Below, in pieces: positions 59,230-64,000 of a stretch of DNA of 64,000 nt. The notes beneath the pieces were generated by a model that saw nothing but the letters and a program-made list of their open reading frames with translations, did no database searches and was not told the origin of the DNA. A program made the translations under genes and the position numbers. The stretch comes from an uncultured Thermoleophilia bacterium (lineage in GTDB: Bacteria > Actinomycetota > Thermoleophilia > UBA2241), in assembly GCA_963762125.1 (NCBI GenBank), contig CAVXJO010000017.1:302329-366328 (forward strand), read 5' to 3'. Within the stretch, counting starts at the first letter, position 1. Each line of letters begins with the position of its first letter.

Positions 59230-60264
59230 CTACGCTTTCAAGAGCAGCGCCAGCCCGCTCAGGAAGAGCACGGCCGCGAGGATGCTGCGCAGCACGCGGG
59301 TGGGCGCCTTGACCGTGAGCTGCGAGCCGAGCAGGACGCCGGGGATGGAGCCCATGAGGAGCGAGGCCACCATCCAGAGGTTCACGTTGCCTACGCCGAT
59401 CTGGGCAAGCCCGGTGACGAGCAGCAGGATCATGGCGTGGAAGATGTCCGTGCCGACGATCCTGTCGGTGGTCAAGGGATAGAAGAGGATGAGGAAGACG
59501 GCGAGGAAGGTGCCGCTGCCCACGGACGTGAACCCGATGATGAACCCGGTGCACAGGCCGAGCGTGACGGTGAGGAGCTTGAGCCGTCGCGTCATCTTGA
59601 TGTTCTCGCGGCGGTGTGCTTTGTCCACGTGCAGGACGACCTTCACGATCAGCAGCACGCCGACCATCATGAGGGCGGATCCGATGGCCCGATAGAGGAT
59701 GTTGTCTATGACGTCGCCGTACGTGTTCTTGGCGTAGGCGACGGTCGCGACGCCGACGAGCGAGGCCGGGATGCTGCCGAGCGCCAGCCAGAGCGCCAGG
59801 GGGATGTCCACCGAGCCCTGGCGCCAGTGCTTCCACGAGCCGGCGATCTTGGTGACGGCGGCGTAGGTGATGTCGGTACCGATGGCCATCGTCGGCTGGA
59901 AGCCGAAGAAGAAGATGAGTACCGGCGTCATGAGCGCCCCGCCACCCATGCCGGTGAGACCGACGAGAAAGCCGACCAGGAGGCCGGCGAGGCTGAGGTA
60001 CGCGTTGAGGTGTACGCCGGCCGTCAGGTAGACCACGAGGACGAAGACACCCCAGCCGGCGAGCCCGACGCCCCAGCGCCTGAACCAGGCCCCGGCCGAC
60101 AGCCCCGAGGGCTCGGGGCCGGGGCGGAACGGCGGAATCGTCTCGTCGATCTCGGGGTCGAAGATCTCTTCGTCGGCCGGCGCCGCGAGTGCCCCGGCGG
60201 TCGCGGCGGCGGCCGACGTGCCGGCGGCGGGCACCGCGCACGCGTTGCTCTCGGTCTCAGTCAT
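59230..60264 (-). CDS. TauE/SafE (TSUP) family sulfite exporter-like permease
   Basis: GLTGMGGGALMTP, AIGTD, TSVGSG, IVGTD, GSIPG. Confidence 0.88.
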   Translation of the reverse strand: MTETESNACAVPAAGTSAAAATAGALAAPADEEIFDPEIDETIPPFRPGPEPSGLSAGAWFRRWGVGLAGWGVFVLVVYLTAGVHLNAYLSLAGLLVGFLVGLTGMGGGALMTPVLIFFFGFQPTMAIGTDITYAAVTKIAGSWKHWRQGSVDIPLALWLALGSIPASLVGVATVAYAKNTYGDVIDNILYRAIGSALMMVGVLLIVKVVLHVDKAHRRENIKMTRRLKLLTVTLGLCTGFIIGFTSVGSGTFLAVFLILFYPLTTDRIVGTDIFHAMILLLVTGLAQIGVGNVNLWMVASLLMGSIPGVLLGSQLTVKAPTRVLRSILAAVLFLSGLALLLKA

Positions 60265-60318
60265 GACTTCCCTGTCGGCGGCTTCCGGCGAGTGCTGGCC
60301 CGCTCCGGATTGGGCGCG

Positions 60319-60354
60319 AGTATGGGAGCCCCACTCTTATCTGTCAAATAAGAG
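60319..60354 (-). promoter_or_regulatory. Sigma-70-type promoter of tauE with a palindromic operator over the -35
   Basis: TTGACA (60342-60347), 17 nt, CATACT (60319-60324) on the minus strand; CTCTTAT-N7-ATAAGAG at 60334-60354. Confidence 0.75.
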
Positions 60355-60566
60355 GAAGAAATCCTTCGAAGAGCCGCGACGGCGTGTGTGCCGGCTCACG
60401 CTCAGGGCAGAAGCAGGGCTTATCCGCGTCTAGCGACGTATACGAAATCACAATGGGACGGCGGCGTCGACGGACGGCTGGAGGGCCGGCGCCCGGCGCG
60501 ATCGCTGGGCAATCGGCGCCGCACGGGACGAGCCGGCGCCCGCCGAGACCGGCCGCCTTCGCCGGC

Positions 60567-61469
60567 TCAGCCGGCCGCCGCGTACTGCTCGCGGAAGTAC
60601 GCGAGCAGTGCCTCGGCGGCCCGGCTCAGCACCCGGGTCTTGGAGCGCACGGTGTAGAAGTCGCGCAGCACGCGGAAACCCTCGATCGGCACCACAGCCA
60701 GCCTGTCGTGCTCGACCTCGGGGCCGATCGCCCACCGGCTGAGGAAGGTCACGCCGCCACCGGCGATCGCCGCCTGCTTGGCCGACTCCATGAGGCCCAT
60801 CTCCATGACCACGTTGAGACGCCCCGGGCGCACGCCGGCGCGGCGCAGATGGTCCTCGACGACGATGCGGACGCCGGCGCCCTGCTGCTGCACGAGCTGC
60901 GGCTCCGCGACCACGTCGTCGAGGGTGACCTGGTCGCGCGACGTCCACGCGTGCGAAGGCGCGCACACGAGCACGATCTCGTCGCGCGCCAGCGGCTCGG
61001 CGACGAGCTCCGGTCGCGGCGTGACGGCGCCGACGGCGCCGATCTCGAACTCGCGTGCCAGCACGCGCTCGATGACCGCGTGCGTGTCGTCCACGTGCAG
61101 GGAGATGGTCACGCCGGGAAAGTCGCTCTTGAACTGGGTGAGCATGGCCGGCAGCACGTGCTCGCCCGGGCCGGTGGACGCGCCGACGACGACGCGGCCG
61201 GCGACCAGCTCGCCGAGGTCGAGGATGTCGGTGCGCGCGCGCTCGTCCAGGTCCAGGATCTCGCGGGCGTAGCGGTAGAGGACCTGGCCGGCATCGGTGG
61301 GGACGACCGTGCGGCGCGAACGGTCCAGCAGCGTCGTCTTCAGCTCGCGCTCGAGGCTGCGGACCTGCTGGCTGGCGGCCGGCTGGGTGATGTGCATCTC
61401 GTCGGCCGCCAGCGAGAAGCTCTTGCGGTCGACGATACGGCAGAACAGGCGCAGTTGGCGGATGTCCAT
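60567..61469 (-). CDS. LysR-family regulator (CysL-like)
   Basis: SFSLAA..MHITQPAASQQV..LE, GASTGPGEHVLP, MEMG.MESAKQA. Confidence 0.9.
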   Translation of the reverse strand: MDIRQLRLFCRIVDRKSFSLAADEMHITQPAASQQVRSLERELKTTLLDRSRRTVVPTDAGQVLYRYAREILDLDERARTDILDLGELVAGRVVVGASTGPGEHVLPAMLTQFKSDFPGVTISLHVDDTHAVIERVLAREFEIGAVGAVTPRPELVAEPLARDEIVLVCAPSHAWTSRDQVTLDDVVAEPQLVQQQGAGVRIVVEDHLRRAGVRPGRLNVVMEMGLMESAKQAAIAGGGVTFLSRWAIGPEVEHDRLAVVPIEGFRVLRDFYTVRSKTRVLSRAAEALLAYFREQYAAAG

Positions 61470-61482
61470 AAGCGAAGCTTAT
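61468..61482. promoter_or_regulatory. LysR box (T-N11-A) overlapping the lysR start codon
   Basis: ATAAGC-GAA-GCTTAT perfect palindrome. Confidence 0.65.
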
Positions 61483-61534
61483 CCTGCGAAGTCAGCCGGG
61501 GCCAGCGGGCGGCGCCGTCTGACGCGCCGACCCG

Positions 61535-62632
61535 TCAGACGATCCGCGGCGGCTGCTGGTGGTCGGCTGCATCCTGGACGAAGCGGCCGAGGCGCGCCCG
61601 CCGGGAGCGGCGGCGCGCCAGCTCGACCAGACGCTCGGCGAACAGCCAGGGGTCGCGCGGCAGAGCCGTCGACGTCCTCGTCTCCTTCTTGCGCAGCGCG
61701 ATGTCTTCCGGTCCGGCGATTCGCGTCAGTCGGCCGTCGCCGAGCAGCGACGCCTCGACGGGGCCGGTCGACGCCGAGAGCGTGTAGGCCGGCGTGCCCA
61801 GGGCGGCGGCCTCCCGCAGCATCACGCCGCCGAGTCCGACGGCGAAGTCCGCGGCGGCCAGCAGCCCGACGCCGTCCGCCGGGCCGTCCGGCACGATGAC
61901 GCCCGGCAGCCCGAGGGCCAGCACCCGTTGCCGCTGGCTCTCGTCACGGGCGACCACGATCAGTGTCAGGTTGCGCCGGCCGGCCAGGCCGGCGAGCAGC
62001 TCGAAGAGGTCCGCCTCGTCTGCCGGCGCCGTGCCTTCGTCGCCGAGGCGCGACCGCGGCGCTGCCGGCCGCACGACCCCCGTGATGTGGCGGCGCTCGA
62101 CGCCGAGCCGGGCCAGCGCCGCCGGGTCCGGCTGCGCGTCGTGGAGGTAGTACTCCTCCTTGAATCCTGGATAGCGGAAGAGCTTGTCCCTGGTCGCGCC
62201 GAGGGAGGTGAGGCCGGCGACCGGCACCGCCTCGGGGACCGCGACCTCGTCCACCAGGCGCACGTTAACGAGGTTGCTGCGCCCGAGGCGCTCCGGGCCG
62301 AGGAACGTCATCTGGGGGATCGCCAGAGTCCAGGCGGTGAGCACGAAGTCGCTGGCATGGCTGCCCGCGGCGACGTCGAAGCGGCCGCTTGAGGCGGAGC
62401 CGAGCAGCTGCGCCGTCCTGTTGACCAGGCCGACGGCTCGCGTCCCGAGGCCGCCGCCCCGGTGCTGGGTGGTGAGCACGCCGCCGAGGCCGTAGCGCCG
62501 CAGCACGAGGTCGGCGCCGGCGAAGCGGCGTGCCGTGAGGGTGACGGTGTGGCCGGCGTCTTCGAGCCGCCGCACGATGGGCGCGAAGAAGACGACGGCA
62601 GTCGCGTCGGTGATGTCGACCCAGACCCTCAC
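61535..62632 (-). CDS. DUF354-like GT-B fold protein
   Basis: MRVWVDI..., FFAPIV, TARRF, YPGFKE..YL, GVMLREAAALGTP. Confidence 0.78.
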   Translation of the reverse strand: MRVWVDITDATAVVFFAPIVRRLEDAGHTVTLTARRFAGADLVLRRYGLGGVLTTQHRGGGLGTRAVGLVNRTAQLLGSASSGRFDVAAGSHASDFVLTAWTLAIPQMTFLGPERLGRSNLVNVRLVDEVAVPEAVPVAGLTSLGATRDKLFRYPGFKEEYYLHDAQPDPAALARLGVERRHITGVVRPAAPRSRLGDEGTAPADEADLFELLAGLAGRRNLTLIVVARDESQRQRVLALGLPGVIVPDGPADGVGLLAAADFAVGLGGVMLREAAALGTPAYTLSASTGPVEASLLGDGRLTRIAGPEDIALRKKETRTSTALPRDPWLFAERLVELARRRSRRARLGRFVQDAADHQQPPRIV

Positions 62633-62697
62633 TGCGCGCGGGCCGGAGCGGAAGGCCGAGGTCAGCAGGGCCGGAACGCAGTCGGGCCGGGCCGCCG

Positions 62698-63795
62698 TCA
62701 GGCCAGCCCGGCCTCCACCGCCGCGGCCACTTCTTTCACCTGCTCCTCGGTGAGGTTGGGGTGCATCGGGAGGGCGAGGTTGGTCGCCGCGGCGTCATCG
62801 GTATGGGGGAAGTCGCCGAGCTTGTGGCCCTGGTCGGCGAACGCGGGCTGCAGTTGCAGCGGTGTCGTGTAGTACGCGGCGCAGTCGACCTGGCGCTCCT
62901 TGCACGCGGCGGCGATGTCGTCACGGCGCGCATGGCGGACGACATAGAGGTGATAGACGTGCGTGTGACCGTCGGGGACGGCGGGCCGCACGACCTCGTC
63001 CGGCAGGTGCTCGTCGTACCACTCGGCTACCAGCGCGCGGCGGCCGTTCCAGTCGTCGATGACGCCGAGCTCGATGCGCAGGATCGCCGCCTGAAGCTCG
63101 TCCAGACGGGAGTTGAAACCGATGTCGGTGAACGTCTTCTTGTCCTTGCTGCCGTGGAAGCGGAGCTCGCGGGCACGAGCCACGAGGACCTCACTGTGGC
63201 CGGTCACCAGACCGCCGTCGCCGTAGCCGCCGAGGTTCTTGGTCGGGAAGAAGCTGAAGACGCCCATGTCGCCGAGGCTGCCGGCGCGACGGCCGTCGTA
63301 GGTCGCGCCCCACGCCTGGCAGGCGTCCTCGACCACGGCGAGGCCGTGCGCCTCGGCGACCTTGCGTACGGCGTCCGCATCGGCGGGGAGGCCGAACAGG
63401 TCGACCGGCATGATCGCTCTGGTGCGCGGCGTGATCGCCGCCTTGATCGCGTCAGGGTCGATGCAGAGCGTGTCGGGACGGATGTCGACGAAGACGGGCT
63501 TGGCGCCGGATTGGGCGATGGCCTCGGGAGTCGCGTAGAAGGTGAACGGGACGGTGATGACCTCGTCCCCGGCGCCGATGCCCAAGGCGCGGAGCGCGAT
63601 CGTGAGGCCGTCGGTGCCGTTGGCGACGCCTACGGAACCGGTGGTCCCCATGTACGCGGAGGCCTCTTCCTCGAACCCCTTGACGTTCGGCCCCAGGATC
63701 ACCCGCCCGCTGCGCAGCACCGACAGCACGGCGTCCTCGATGCGGTCCTGCAGCTCGGCGTACTGTCCCTTGATGTCCATGAGTCCGACGGCCAT
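62698..63795 (-). CDS. DegT/DnrJ/EryC1/StrS aminotransferase
   Basis: ILGPNV, ANGTD, EDACQ, SFFPTKNLGGYGDGG, NSRLDELQAA; GGAGG RBS before ATG 63795. Confidence 0.92.
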   Translation of the reverse strand: MAVGLMDIKGQYAELQDRIEDAVLSVLRSGRVILGPNVKGFEEEASAYMGTTGSVGVANGTDGLTIALRALGIGAGDEVITVPFTFYATPEAIAQSGAKPVFVDIRPDTLCIDPDAIKAAITPRTRAIMPVDLFGLPADADAVRKVAEAHGLAVVEDACQAWGATYDGRRAGSLGDMGVFSFFPTKNLGGYGDGGLVTGHSEVLVARARELRFHGSKDKKTFTDIGFNSRLDELQAAILRIELGVIDDWNGRRALVAEWYDEHLPDEVVRPAVPDGHTHVYHLYVVRHARRDDIAAACKERQVDCAAYYTTPLQLQPAFADQGHKLGDFPHTDDAAATNLALPMHPNLTEEQVKEVAAAVEAGLA

Positions 63796-64000
63796 TGCTA
63801 CGCCTCCTTGAGGGCGGGAGAAGTCGAGCCTGGAACCTACCACAGGGGCCCTGGAGGGGGCTACCGGCGAACGGGCCCGGCGGTCGCCGTCGGCCTGGGT
63901 GCAGCGACCGCTGCTGTTCGCCCGCACGGCGCCCGGTGCGGTACGCTGTCGCGCATGATGCAATCCGTCATCGACGCCGTGGTCCAGTGGGCGACCGCCC

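Noticed and set aside
43950-59230. Prophage, ICE or IS boundaries around the deiminase cluster
   Set aside because: No integrase, transposase, tRNA or flanking direct repeat seen.

Overview
Very GC-rich bacterial DNA, most likely Actinomycetota (Thermoleophilia-like, inferred from gene style and leaderless promoters). No rRNA, tRNA, CRISPR array, integrase or transposase was seen. Left to right: an L,D-transpeptidase end and the rmlACDB dTDP-rhamnose operon; an orphan ABC substrate-binding protein; HNH/rarA; an acidic repeat-rich YtxH protein; a degenerate M28-fold membrane protein; a two-component system; trpB2 with an unlisted Trp-containing leader peptide; a REC-EAL protein; an agmatinase-like/Nit pair. 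A large Wzx/Wzy surface-glycan locus (20.6-43.9 kb) follows, with three ATP-grasp ligases, two deacetylases, an MBOAT/SGNH pair, and phosphosulfolactate synthase ComA plus a His-phosphatase. Next is a ~15 kb guanidino-compound cluster (44.0-59.2 kb): three intact and one internally deleted agmatine-deiminase homologue, an atypical transcarbamylase, AguB amidase, a Dpp-type ABC importer, two SDRs, a CE4 hydrolase, TetR and SnoaL. The window ends with TauE, LysR, DUF354 and DegT. Five genes carry single-base frameshifts that look like assembly errors. The best candidates for undescribed biology are the multi-deiminase cluster and the possible amide- or sulfolactate-tailored glycan. All family calls come from motif recognition, not database searches.
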